Shown here: positions 25,101 through 33,996 of the stretch, one piece after another
Layout: every line of letters starts with the position of its first letter
Numbering within the stretch: the stretch's first letter is position 1
Position numbers and translations under genes: made by a program
The notes under the pieces: model-generated
Seen by the model: the letters and a program-made list of their open reading frames with translations, nothing else
Databases searched by the model: none
What the model was told of the DNA's origin: nothing
Source: a virus
Direction: 5' to 3' (one strand)
IMG/VR virus record: IMGVR_UViG_3300008448_012223
DNA length: 64,000 nucleotides

Positions 25101-27224
25101 GGCCTTATCCCAAGGCTTGAACACGATAGGACGACTCATACCGCGATTAATCTCAAACAGAGATTGGCCCTCTTTAGGCTGAGCGCCGTAGTTGATGTCC
25201 TCGCGCCACAGGTTGGTTATCTCGTTGAGGATAGCACGCGCACCAGTGGCGTTATACGCTACCTTCATACAGAGTGCCACAAGGACTACACGACCACTGT
25301 AGTCCTTGCCTCCGACTTTGACGAGTTCATTAGCGATGCGACGCTGACGACCATCATTGACGGTACCTGTACTAAAGTTGAAAGTAGTGCTGCGGTTATT
25401 ACCCTTGATGACAACACAGGGGCCCTCAACACTAACAATACGGTGCTGCTTGACACACAGACAGCCTACGAGAGCGGCCAGGTCATCACCAGACCACGTA
25501 GCTAACTTAGTGAGGAAGTGCTCACTATACATGTTAACTAAGCATTCGGTCTTAGTAGCATAGGTATGCTTGTCGGCTTCGTAGGGAATAGACTTAGTCA
25601 CACCTAAGTTAATGACCTTAGGATTCATCTTAGAGTCTGTGGTGTAAACAACACGGTGGTCTAGAAGCGCAAGGAACTTCTTAGACATACGGCTGTTAGG
25701 AGACACGACATAGAGAATCGGACCTTCAGGCAGAAGGTCGAAGTTATTAGCCCCAAACAAGCGGGCTAGCTCTTTACGAGCTGTCGTGATGCGCGCCTCC
25801 TGCTTAGGAGACACGACTCCACCGAGAGTACTAGGGTCAGGAATTAACATCTCGATAATGCTTTTCATAGTACTAGGGTCATTGGTGGTATTGGTAGAGG
25901 AGCTATCACTCTCTAACCCCTTAGTAGGGGCTCCTGTGTTAGAGAGCGGGCGGGTAGGAGTTACTGCTGCGGGCGCCGCACCAATAAGACCATCAATTGC
26001 TTGAATGGTTAGCGCAACAGCATCATCGTTGTTGACACTATTGTTAAAGACGAATTCCCAGTCTAATAACGTATTAGTGTCATCATATCCAACGGCTTCA
26101 GCATATTCGCCATAGGTCTTATAACCGAGTACACGATCATCGAGACCTACGACTTCACGACAAATCGCAGGATCTAAACTGTCTACTACATCCATCCATG
26201 TATCATCAGGACCAGGTGCTCCGCTTTCTACAAACGCGGCCATGAGGTAGTGGGTGCATAAGAGGCGGGCCACTAACGCCGGGTCGTACATAAGCAGGGC
26301 TGCTTCGTACTCGTCGTTCTCGTGTTCAGTACCCTCGTAGAACGATTTAGTGGCATGCCATTGAGCGAAGCCAGCCTTCATGGCGGCTTTGGATACAGCG
26401 CCAAACTCTAGGTCTTCAGTAAGACCTAGAGCTTGGCAGTGGTGAACAAGCTCATGAGTCACTGTGTATAAATTGTTGTAGTCGGGTATAGTGATGACAC
26501 CATTACAATAAGATGCTATGCTCCCTTGTACGAAGGTGACACCGCATAGTTTGCCTATGGCTATCATGCGGATAGCCGGTACGTCACTTGGTAATTCTGG
26601 CATTACAACGCTCACACAACGTTTAACGCGTGCTGCTTTATTGGCAGCTTTAGCAGCTTTAGCGGTAGATAAAGCCGTTTTATCGTTTTTAGTTTTGTAC
26701 TTCTTGCCCACACAAGTGCGGCCGTTGCCGCGGTAGTTTACGCGGCCTTGATTAAGAGCAGCGATAATACTACCAGCAGCATTATTAACTACGGTAGCAA
26801 CGGCTTTAGCGCCGGTGCCGGTGCTAGTAGGACGCGCGGGGCGCGAGGGACGCGTAAATAATGCACTGACAGCGCGCAGTATAGGTTTGGCCTTACGTTG
26901 TTGTAAGACAAGTTTGTCTACGACGTTACGGCCGCGTAACACGTGTTTGCGGGCGGCTGAGGCTGCGGCAGCTGCGGCACGACGTAGCGCACGCCGTGCT
27001 GATTTTACAACGCAGGGGCGTTGGCTTTGAGGTAAGGAGCGTATAGGGCGGCCGGCTGACGCTATACGACGAGAGCGACGGCGTACTACGCGATTAGCGC
27101 GACGGCTCGCTATCTGCTGGGCACGGCGCCCAGGGCCTACGCGTCGTGCAGTAGTGCGAGTACCTGCGATAGCGGCGCTGATAGAGGCTACAAAAGATTG
27201 GAAGAAGACAAAGTTGACATTCAT
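22143..27224 (-). CDS. Single-polypeptide two-barrel (DPBB) RNA polymerase candidate with basic N-terminus and zincin motif
   Basis: beta-like VTIRLETEMVGRDQVLKLRGLGKK...WDIILN; beta'-like VIGVQRTP...VNPLLWHAVNEGDADGD (DADGD at 23112-23126); HELVH at 26442-26456. Confidence 0.8.
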   Translation of the reverse strand: MNVNFVFFQSFVASISAAIAGTRTTARRVGPGRRAQQIASRRANRVVRRRSRRIASAGRPIRSLPQSQRPCVVKSARRALRRAAAAAASAARKHVLRGRNVVDKLVLQQRKAKPILRAVSALFTRPSRPARPTSTGTGAKAVATVVNNAAGSIIAALNQGRVNYRGNGRTCVGKKYKTKNDKTALSTAKAAKAANKAARVKRCVSVVMPELPSDVPAIRMIAIGKLCGVTFVQGSIASYCNGVITIPDYNNLYTVTHELVHHCQALGLTEDLEFGAVSKAAMKAGFAQWHATKSFYEGTEHENDEYEAALLMYDPALVARLLCTHYLMAAFVESGAPGPDDTWMDVVDSLDPAICREVVGLDDRVLGYKTYGEYAEAVGYDDTNTLLDWEFVFNNSVNNDDAVALTIQAIDGLIGAAPAAVTPTRPLSNTGAPTKGLESDSSSTNTTNDPSTMKSIIEMLIPDPSTLGGVVSPKQEARITTARKELARLFGANNFDLLPEGPILYVVSPNSRMSKKFLALLDHRVVYTTDSKMNPKVINLGVTKSIPYEADKHTYATKTECLVNMYSEHFLTKLATWSGDDLAALVGCLCVKQHRIVSVEGPCVVIKGNNRSTTFNFSTGTVNDGRQRRIANELVKVGGKDYSGRVVLVALCMKVAYNATGARAILNEITNLWREDINYGAQPKEGQSLFEINRGMSRPIVFKPWDKAFPFLQVENTNLAPSDLELSLKAGIIAAPDKYNTKWIAVGKGAKAMFLGLKDGKIYSIHDFSKPTKVYNRPPSSGKYTRAEIIDRRDSLLRVDLGDGGYSCGGGLYLRTAFTNSRFGFGSGVAAIRRDLEFEYTVPKTITKEFHVLRIPSSVRALMAADLDDPTSKLIEVIEGKIAKAEGQVYAPGNPIISIMQGKYCIVKNETFAQDIRVIGGTVTRNGVEGRADSVTIRLETEMVGRDQVLKLRGLGKKLTTLPYDVKGLSQPWDIILNNETTKGWPALIEMFAIEKGGCTYTPEGALLTIDDTGKVIDLMAKTNAFTEWARANSVKEVISFDMARDLWDSISSVVANDDINVIDIDDTSVRIEETVEVIYGYLPYDIEIATPRESVAFSKMTMEQIGIVALQNRAWGEALMKEVKYDNVMSIVSMITSKDCAACVNISTTKGRDHLRGIIGVVNDYVSDSTPGSDRELLGRFATAYPNGVDIVAQNNGNEVSLHINGKALSAFGTFSGASATGIMLDLLTLLAYVTDVGIEDQSGLDSKIYSMTAKVSRGLRTWCNTMVKSQGILKSIARAGNVVVGKVKTSYSPLLHSADGVPVILMHPDCPMVRMLGVEEGQVIGVQRTPMGFILCGRVKFSTTDAFVAHYTVNPLLWHAVNEGDADGDQCGGINAHKYGINAKSALTINASLMGMGGYFYCYEADDLPFFAFMSYEDKMGKKSLTKWDKAVATAIAVNKYVSDAAEVHMHYKGAVGAGYGICSALAFQAWDSMYRASGVDTDALKACVIAWRFVYENMGLGGYTPEAKIFMATLVQAARAWAAGVPMYKSAQDRLYYSANSTKLADTDRQGSGVPPAQAMAGLMPAKLAKEPAVIYQLIKARARTLTYGALERGNFTREGLIMSSAIYGAFRRTGQGYDPVAPMTQDDAASYGADEIVPVSVFQMVSEFQLSNHVRNPQLKQLLEIATAVHLDLGDYKLELAEAEDHPDF

Positions 27225-27285
27225 GGTATTACTAGTAATGTAGAACCACTAAAAGAAAAAGGGGCCCAAGCAGGGCCCTTTTTAC

Positions 27286-28032
27286 TTAGTCAAGTAGACC
27301 GTTTATATCTGCACGTGTTTTATCAACAGTACCTGCGGCTGCTTCTGTTGTAGCTTCTGCTGTTGCTGCTGCGGCTGCTTCTGTTGCTGCTGCGGCTGCG
27401 GCAGTTGCACGAGCTGTTGCAGCAGCCTCCCGTTTGCGTTTGCGGGCGGCCGCTTTACTATGTAATTGTTCCACAGTTACCACGTTAGATTTTGCCGTCC
27501 CCTCAAACCCGTCCAGTATAGACGGGTCTATCTTCGGGCGCATGACTTCCCGATGAAGTTGTATCTCCGCACCTTCAAGGTGAAAGTACTGGGTTATTGT
27601 GCCCTTGTATTCTGTTTCGCGTCCAACGCAGAGGTCTTCTGCGTTGAAGCTAACTTTTACACTTCCACATGATGAGCTTTCCCAGTCGTCTTCGAAATCT
27701 GTAGATAACTCTACAGACATAATAATATCATCGCTGGCGTCTCCGGTCAGACGCTCTACAAACTTGGACGTAGATAAGCTACGGCCATCGGAGGTAGTGA
27801 GAGGTACCTCCCCGTTCTTATTGGATATCAGCCGGAATTCTAGCCAGTAGCTAGATAGATCCAAGCGGCGTTTGATAGCGCCATTGTGCACGTAAGCAAG
27901 AATGCCAGGTTTAGTGTTGACACTCTTGCTTACGTTAAGAGTAAATACGTAGTTTTTCACAGTAGAGTTGGTGGGGTTAGAAGGGTTAGAGGAGTTAGAG
28001 GAGTTAGAGGCTTGATTGTTGTTGTTTCTCAT
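27286..28032 (-). CDS. Hypothetical protein, beta-rich core with Ala/Thr/Glu-rich tail
   Basis: 248-aa ORF with its own cassette element at 28057. Confidence 0.8.
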   Translation of the reverse strand: MRNNNNQASNSSNSSNPSNPTNSTVKNYVFTLNVSKSVNTKPGILAYVHNGAIKRRLDLSSYWLEFRLISNKNGEVPLTTSDGRSLSTSKFVERLTGDASDDIIMSVELSTDFEDDWESSSCGSVKVSFNAEDLCVGRETEYKGTITQYFHLEGAEIQLHREVMRPKIDPSILDGFEGTAKSNVVTVEQLHSKAAARKRKREAAATARATAAAAAATEAAAAATAEATTEAAAGTVDKTRADINGLLD

Positions 28033-28096
28033 TGTGTATACTTGGGTGTATAAAACTACTAAAAGAAAAGGGGCCCCCGCTCAGGCCCCTTAACTA

Positions 28097-28231
28097 CTAC
28101 TCTTTACCTATCTCGCACGCCGTCACGGGGGAGTCCCCATGACAAATGCCTACGTATACCCCACCAACGATAGCGGCATTAGTGGCAAGAATTACCACAA
28201 CAGAAATTATGTAAGCTAGTGTATATTTCAT
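28097..28231 (-). CDS. Micro membrane protein family A (44 aa)
   Basis: MKYTLAYIISVVVILATNAAIVGGVYVGICHGDSPVTACEIGKE; AGGAG RBS. Confidence 0.75.
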   Translation of the reverse strand: MKYTLAYIISVVVILATNAAIVGGVYVGICHGDSPVTACEIGKE

Positions 28232-28397
28232 AATCTCTCCTAGGATTAATAGATCACTAGAAGAAAAAGGGGCCAATTGTTGGCGCACTTAACGAACTAA
28301 GGCGTTGAGCTTCATTTATCTTTTCTTTAACACGCTATCATTTAGAAACGAGGGCCCGTCTCTGTTTCTTATTCAAGATAGAGGCGGGCCCATAGCA

Positions 28398-28550
28398 TTA
28401 GTCTATTAGAGTAATAATCTCTAAATCACCATCTGGTACAACGTACCAGCGATGACCATCAAGGTCTAGATGACACGCTGGACCATCTACAGACCGACGT
28501 TGAATCGTCAAACGATTCAACACGTGAAGATAAGTGTGATAAGGGCACAT
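28398..28550 (-). CDS. 50-aa protein family B
   Basis: MCPYHTYLHVLNRLTIQRRSVDGPACHLDLDGHRWYVVPDGDLEIITLID; GGAGG RBS; paralog at 29559. Confidence 0.75.
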   Translation of the reverse strand: MCPYHTYLHVLNRLTIQRRSVDGPACHLDLDGHRWYVVPDGDLEIITLID

Positions 28551-28757
28551 AGATTTACCTCCTAGAGTAAATGTTCACTAGAAAGAAAAGGGGCCGCCCA
28601 CCCAACAGCCCCTTAACTACACGACTAGCTACAGACTACGCAAGAGAGCGTGCCCCTCCTCTTCCACTTGATGGGAAAGAGCGCGAGCCTCCATCATTAG
28701 AGCGAGGCAGGTTGTCACTAGAAGAAAAAAGGGGCTGTGGTTAGCAGCCCCCTAATA

Positions 28758-29189
28758 TTATTCAGGTAAATCTACAGAGGGAGCCCAACCCGCCTCTAAC
28801 ATCGACACGTAATCAATGTCGGAATGGTAGTTCCGTTCAACATAGACTCCTTCACCCCGCTGGTAGCGGCAGAGGGGTAGGGATACATACTTGAGAGGTC
28901 GGATGAATGCATAGTTACCCTCATCCCAGGTAGCCACCTCCCAGTAAGTAGCCCACTCAGGAATTACTTCCGCTGTGGGTATCTCTACTTTCCATACGGT
29001 CGTGAAGGCACGGCCAGGATTGAGCTTGACCAGCTGCTCTTCACAGACGATTATCTCTCCTCCATTGTAGGAGACCTCTATACCTACCTTCTTGGCCAGA
29101 GAAGATAGGATACCCGCTAGACGAGGCGGGCAAGGTAGCTTCATGTTATAGGAGTTGGGATTGAAGTTCCACGTGTCACGACACTCCAC
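28758..29189 (-). CDS. Hypothetical protein
   Basis: 143-aa ORF; start uncertain. Confidence 0.6.
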   Translation of the reverse strand: MECRDTWNFNPNSYNMKLPCPPRLAGILSSLAKKVGIEVSYNGGEIIVCEEQLVKLNPGRAFTTVWKVEIPTAEVIPEWATYWEVATWDEGNYAFIRPLKYVSLPLCRYQRGEGVYVERNYHSDIDYVSMLEAGWAPSVDLPE

Positions 29190-29258
29190 CTTGATGGTGT
29201 CGGGACCTACCGCCAGAATGCGGTAGTTGAAGTTACCGATGGCCCCGGCTAAAGAAGA

Positions 29259-29495
29259 CTACCAGTTGTCGTGCCCTCCGGAAGCAGCGAGAGAGGTGAT
29301 TTCTTCTTCGTTAAGACGAGCCTTGAAGTTTCGTATTACCGCATCGCGTGTCTTAGCGATGTCGGCTTCAGATAGAGTCGGGGGCTGAGGACCGCCCATG
29401 AAATAATACGAGATGAATGCCCACGTCGTTGGGTGGACGTAGACGCCCGCCGCCTGTAGTGCGGCGTAGATTGACGCCGCTAGGATTTTGTACAT
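29259..29495 (-). CDS. Hypothetical protein
   Basis: 78 aa, AGGAG RBS, cassette element at 29519. Confidence 0.7.
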   Translation of the reverse strand: MYKILAASIYAALQAAGVYVHPTTWAFISYYFMGGPQPPTLSEADIAKTRDAVIRNFKARLNEEEITSLAASGGHDNW

Positions 29496-29558
29496 ATGCT
29501 CTCCTGGGACTAATGAATCACCAGAAGGAAAAAGGGGAGCATATAGCTCCCCATAGTG

Positions 29559-29711
29559 TTAGTCTATTAGAGTGATGACCTCGAAGTCACCATCTGGTAG
29601 AACGTACCAGCGGTGACCATCCAGGTCTATGTGACACGCAGGACCATCAACTGTACGTAACTGGATAGTGGTATGGTTGATAATGTGCAGATAGGTTTGA
29701 TATGGGCACAT
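29559..29711 (-). CDS. 50-aa protein family B (paralog)
   Basis: MCPYQTYLHIINHTTIQLRTVDGPACHIDLDGHRWYVLPDGDFEVITLID; AAGGAG RBS. Confidence 0.75.
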   Translation of the reverse strand: MCPYQTYLHIINHTTIQLRTVDGPACHIDLDGHRWYVLPDGDFEVITLID

Positions 29712-29786
29712 GATAATACTCCTTCTAGAGTAAAGGTCACTAAAAGGAAAAAGGGGAGCTATATGCTCCCCTTACTAATTAACTAC

Positions 29787-30083
29787 CTACACCCCACGGC
29801 AACGTCCAGCCTTCTTAGCTGCTTGGCGTAACGCCTTGCCGTGATAACGACGCCAACGTTTAGACTGGTTATAGCTTTGGTGGAAGGAGCCACCTCCCCA
29901 GAAGCCCGCATCCCAACGAGCATTGTCAGGCTCACCAGGACCGTAGAAGACGTGACGGCTACTACGTACCACCGTCCCACCACGATGCTGGCTACCCCAG
30001 CTCTGACGAGCCACACTAGACTCGTAATTGTAAGCAGCAGTAGCACGAGCAGCTACGGTGACATTAGTGGTGCAGTTTAACAT
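29787..30083 (-). CDS. Basic hypothetical protein (98 aa)
   Basis: Start MLNCTT downstream of the cassette element at 30108. Confidence 0.6.
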   Translation of the reverse strand: MLNCTTNVTVAARATAAYNYESSVARQSWGSQHRGGTVVRSSRHVFYGPGEPDNARWDAGFWGGGSFHQSYNQSKRWRRYHGKALRQAAKKAGRCRGV

Positions 30084-30147
30084 GAGCTGTTCTCTTGGAC
30101 TAGTGTTCACAGGAAGGAAAAAAGGTGCATTGCTGTCCCTCTGTTAT

Positions 30148-30987
30148 CTATTTCTTACGAAGCACGGGCTTGGCCTTAGCCCGATACCCCAGTCGCTCGA
30201 TCAATTGCATGAGGTACTTGAGCTGACATTTGGGGTTGCCATCTACCGCTAGGTAATATTCACCCCAACGATAGACGGCAGATGCCACGGCTCCTGATTT
30301 GAGAAGTGAACGGAGAGCCTCATTCTCTCCAATCTTCTTAAGGTCAAAAGACTTCTTGTTAAGGAAGTCAATGACGGGTTGGTAGCCCGCCATTTGTTTA
30401 GCGTGCTCAGGAGACGCAAGATACGCTTCCTCCGCCTGTGCCTTATCCTCTTCCTTTTGCTTTTTGTCTGTTTTCTCTTCTACCCAGCGTAGATAGTCGG
30501 GTATAACCTCACGCTCGATAATATCGCGGTAGTAAGCGGCGGCCTCCTCCTCACGCCACTCATAGTGCTCCGTAGTAGTAGGGCATTCTACTACTAGGTG
30601 CGTCATGTCTACCTCTACCTCTCCGTTAGAGAGGTAGATGCACCGGGCTTCTAGACGAGCCGCTTCATCTAGAGGAGAAGTGACAAGCCCATTTTGGTCC
30701 CGCCAACGACGTACGCGGACGGGAATGCGTAACAATGCAGGAGTCCACTTCTGACGAGTGTAAGAGCAATCTACCGACGGAATGTCCTCGTAGTACCCCT
30801 TAGAGGGATGAGTCCCTCCGTCTATTATTTCCACTACCTCTTCCAAGGTAGCGATGGCACGTTCTTGGCAGGCTGATGCTGTGTAGTATTCTACACGGTA
30901 TAAGTAATCAGCTCCTACTTTAATGCCTATAGACTCGTCTAATTTGACGAAGCGGAATGTATAGCCAGCCAGCTTGATAGATTTCAT
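30148..30987 (-). CDS. Hypothetical protein
   Basis: 279 aa, AGGAGG RBS. Confidence 0.75.
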   Translation of the reverse strand: MKSIKLAGYTFRFVKLDESIGIKVGADYLYRVEYYTASACQERAIATLEEVVEIIDGGTHPSKGYYEDIPSVDCSYTRQKWTPALLRIPVRVRRWRDQNGLVTSPLDEAARLEARCIYLSNGEVEVDMTHLVVECPTTTEHYEWREEEAAAYYRDIIEREVIPDYLRWVEEKTDKKQKEEDKAQAEEAYLASPEHAKQMAGYQPVIDFLNKKSFDLKKIGENEALRSLLKSGAVASAVYRWGEYYLAVDGNPKCQLKYLMQLIERLGYRAKAKPVLRKK

Positions 30988-31166
30988 AGTCTCCTCCTTG
31001 GAGATAAGTTCATGAAAGAAAAAAGGGGCCTCGGGCCCCTCCTTACCTACTCTACTTATTCAGCTCCGCTCACTCACGGCGGAGCTTCTCTATTTCCTGC
31101 CTTACCTGTTCCATCTCGTGGCTTTACGCCGCAAGATCAATAACAGGAGCGGGGCGGCGTTGTTGA

Positions 31167-33137
31167 TCAGTTATGACTGATCACATAGACGCGCTTAGCA
31201 TCCGTGTAATCTTGATAGTCTTTTGGTAGAAGAGACCGTCCTACCTTAAGTGGCTCGCCCCATGCGTCGAAGGCACCATAGAGATCCCCGTTTGCTCCGA
31301 GGAGCACCCGATTGACGAAGGCATTATAGAGATACCCGTCTGCTCCGAGGCGCACCCCTTTGATGAACCACATCTTAAGAATCTTCTGGGCTATCTCTTC
31401 GTAGAGAAGAATAACCGTGGGCTCTCGTTGCCCTAGCCCAAGTGCTTCGCAATTATCGAAGCACAGATCCCCGGACTGGTTAATCCAGGTCCAGGACTGC
31501 GCTATTATTCCTGAATTATCCTCGAATATGAGGAATCCGGAGTTGCGCTTTTCTTGCCCATACCAAGCGCAGGTTTCCCCAGCCCCGTCTGGGTGCTGGC
31601 AACAGTTAGTATATTCACCGAGGAAGAGCCCTCGCGTATCCTCCCGGGGGAGGAAGTAGGCGCGGATTCCATCCCGGGTAGCATCAATCCCCGAAAGGAA
31701 ATCTGGTATTTGTAGAGAACGTATAAAACGCCCCTCGTAGTAGTTGTAATCCCGCGCAGATACACCCCAATTGGCGCACTCCAGGGCAAACCCCTGGTGG
31801 TTAATACTTGCGTACTTACGTGTCTTACATACCGTCACCAGTAGACGGAATGGCAGAGAGCGCTCCTCCACGCTCAGTTTGTGCCAGACTCGGCATATTA
31901 AGCCGAGTTCAGAAAATGAGGTGGAGCGCTGGCGTAGGCGCTCCCCCTGTGCGAATAGGAACTCGCTCAATCCCTGCCCGCCGAGGGGTAGCCAGTAAGT
32001 GGCGTCATGCTCGCTGTAGCCGAGCTTGGCCATCTTAGTGAGCCACTCCTCAGAGCGGCTTCCGAAAGTTGTTACTAATGGGACGAGGTACTCTGGAGGA
32101 TTCTCCCGTAGTAGCAATAGCTTATTAGCTACTGCTACCTTCAGGGTGGGTATATACCCCTCCTCCCCAAATATAGTTTCTTCGTTCTCTTTAAAGGCTT
32201 TGAGCAAAGGGCGCTCAATAGCCCAACTAAGTTCCCCGTACAATTTACGGAGGGCTAGGCGCTTGTGGCCATTAAGCCATAAGTACTGGGCTATGGCCGT
32301 GCGCCCCGAGTGGCACACCTCATTAAAGCGCTGCCAGAAGGCAGCGATGCGTTCGGTACGGGAACGACGGCGCGCCCGATCCCACTGTCCCCCCTCCTCT
32401 TTCCAGAGGACCCCAGCAAGGGCTCGGAGGTCTGGGCGGGACTTGTACATAGTTCCCAGCCGTACGGCTAAAGATTTGGGAATCTCTGTGTTATATTTCC
32501 ATGTCCGCGCAGCTGGGATTAGATCCCATACGTTACCAATGCGGGTGGGAACAGACATATGAACCAGTACCCGCTTAACCCAAATGGGTAAGCGGTTATA
32601 GTTTGGGGTAAGCGCTACCCTTAACACTTTACTGTGATCCGGTTGGTAACCGGAGTTCCATACCCGCCCAGGGGTGCGGACATCCTCCCATAGAGGGAGG
32701 ATGCGCTTGACCTCCCACCAGTACTTAACACCTAGATCTACTAAGTGTTCAGCCAGCTGAGGAGTTCTTAGCTCCTCGAACCAAACCCCTTCTTTCTCAT
32801 AAGAGAGTCCGATACCCTCGTTTAAACGAAGGTATCGGATAAGGCGCAGGCGCACCATGTGCGCCTCCTTTGCTTCCTCCAAGCTTACTTCTCGGGTGAT
32901 GACCCGAGAGATAATCCAGCGCTGGGAGCTGGATAGACTATTCCACTCCTCCCACTCACTCCAGGGAGTATGTGGATTGAGTTCCAGCCACTGCCGGAAC
33001 TCAAGTAGAACGTTATAAAGAGAGAAATAGTAGGGAGCGGGGTCAGCTCCTAACTCAGCTTGTGCCTCCCACTCAAGGGAGTAGGCAAGCTGAAGGCGAG
33101 CCGCCTTGGTTTTGGCGGATTTGATAAACTTAGACAT
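31167..33137 (-). CDS. PcfJ-related GNAT-like domain protein
   Basis: C-terminal LG.YTNCCQH..GAGE.CA..G....GFL.F....IIAQSW.W.....L.FDN.E pattern. Confidence 0.6.
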   Translation of the reverse strand: MSKFIKSAKTKAARLQLAYSLEWEAQAELGADPAPYYFSLYNVLLEFRQWLELNPHTPWSEWEEWNSLSSSQRWIISRVITREVSLEEAKEAHMVRLRLIRYLRLNEGIGLSYEKEGVWFEELRTPQLAEHLVDLGVKYWWEVKRILPLWEDVRTPGRVWNSGYQPDHSKVLRVALTPNYNRLPIWVKRVLVHMSVPTRIGNVWDLIPAARTWKYNTEIPKSLAVRLGTMYKSRPDLRALAGVLWKEEGGQWDRARRRSRTERIAAFWQRFNEVCHSGRTAIAQYLWLNGHKRLALRKLYGELSWAIERPLLKAFKENEETIFGEEGYIPTLKVAVANKLLLLRENPPEYLVPLVTTFGSRSEEWLTKMAKLGYSEHDATYWLPLGGQGLSEFLFAQGERLRQRSTSFSELGLICRVWHKLSVEERSLPFRLLVTVCKTRKYASINHQGFALECANWGVSARDYNYYEGRFIRSLQIPDFLSGIDATRDGIRAYFLPREDTRGLFLGEYTNCCQHPDGAGETCAWYGQEKRNSGFLIFEDNSGIIAQSWTWINQSGDLCFDNCEALGLGQREPTVILLYEEIAQKILKMWFIKGVRLGADGYLYNAFVNRVLLGANGDLYGAFDAWGEPLKVGRSLLPKDYQDYTDAKRVYVISHN

Positions 33138-33203
33138 AGAATTGTCCTCCTGGGACTAAAATTCACCAGAAGAAAAAAGGACCTTATCAAGACCCCTTAA
33201 TTA

Positions 33204-33347
33204 TTATTTATTTACCTCCTCACAGAGTGAAGATTTCAGGTCTCCGTAACAGGCCTCTACGGCTATTCCGCCAACAATGGCGGAGCAGCTAAATGTTAAT
33301 ATTATGATAGAGACAATATAGACGATATCGTACTTACCTAATTTCAT
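33204..33347 (-). CDS. Micro membrane protein family A (47 aa)
   Basis: MKLGKYDIVYIVSIIILTFSCSAIVGGIAVEACYGDLKSSLCEEVNK; AGGAGG RBS. Confidence 0.75.
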   Translation of the reverse strand: MKLGKYDIVYIVSIIILTFSCSAIVGGIAVEACYGDLKSSLCEEVNK

Positions 33348-33415
33348 AATTCCTCCTAGGATTAATAGATCACTAGAAGAAAAAAGGGGATAAAGCATAT
33401 CCCCTTTTAATTAAA

Positions 33416-33931
33416 TTACTTTAACCAGCTTAAGTCTAGCTGGTAATAGAGAAGTTTATCACTCTTCTCTATTGTCTCGAAGAGACCATAGAGGCACTCC
33501 TCGAGATGATCTCGGTCCACCCGGCTAGTCAGACCGAGCCCCTCCCAGGTAGGCTGAGGGGGTTTAATCTCTACCAAGCAGGTCTTGGTGATGCCAACAG
33601 CCAAACGAAGACTGTCGGTACGGCATAACTGGCCCAGCTTCTTATCTACTGCCTCGGCGTCGGTAGTAAGCTGAAGAGCCCATAGCTCGCCAGTATACTG
33701 GCGGACTATTACGTCCACCTTGTATACCCGGTCTAGTACTCCCCAATCATCAGTGGGGACGAGACGACGAAGGACACCGCCTCGGGAGTTGAGCTCTAGA
33801 TGTTCACCCGCGAGATCACGCGCCTGGTTATACAGATAACCCGTATTCCATATCTCTCGGGGCTTCGGACACTCGAAGCCTAACTCTTCAACTAGGCGTA
33901 ACACTACTTTCTCCATCTGTAAACCATTCAT
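33416..33931 (-). CDS. Possible PD-(D/E)XK-like nuclease
   Basis: D...LDRVYKVDVIV...ALQLT spacing. Confidence 0.45.
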   Translation of the reverse strand: MNGLQMEKVVLRLVEELGFECPKPREIWNTGYLYNQARDLAGEHLELNSRGGVLRRLVPTDDWGVLDRVYKVDVIVRQYTGELWALQLTTDAEAVDKKLGQLCRTDSLRLAVGITKTCLVEIKPPQPTWEGLGLTSRVDRDHLEECLYGLFETIEKSDKLLYYQLDLSWLK

Positions 33932-33996
33932 GATGTACTCCTAGGATTATAGATCACTAGAAGGAAAAAGGGGCCCCCGCCCAGGCCCCTTAACTA

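Noticed and set aside
22203-27030. Many 60-190-aa plus-strand ORFs inside the RNAP gene, and similar ones inside the giant gene, lectin genes and capsid genes
   Set aside because: Antisense shadows of strongly biased coding frames, with no RBS or motifs.
33940-33960. TATAAT inside some cassette leaders as a sigma70 -10
   Set aside because: Present in only a few copies and so close to the RBS that the transcript would lose it.
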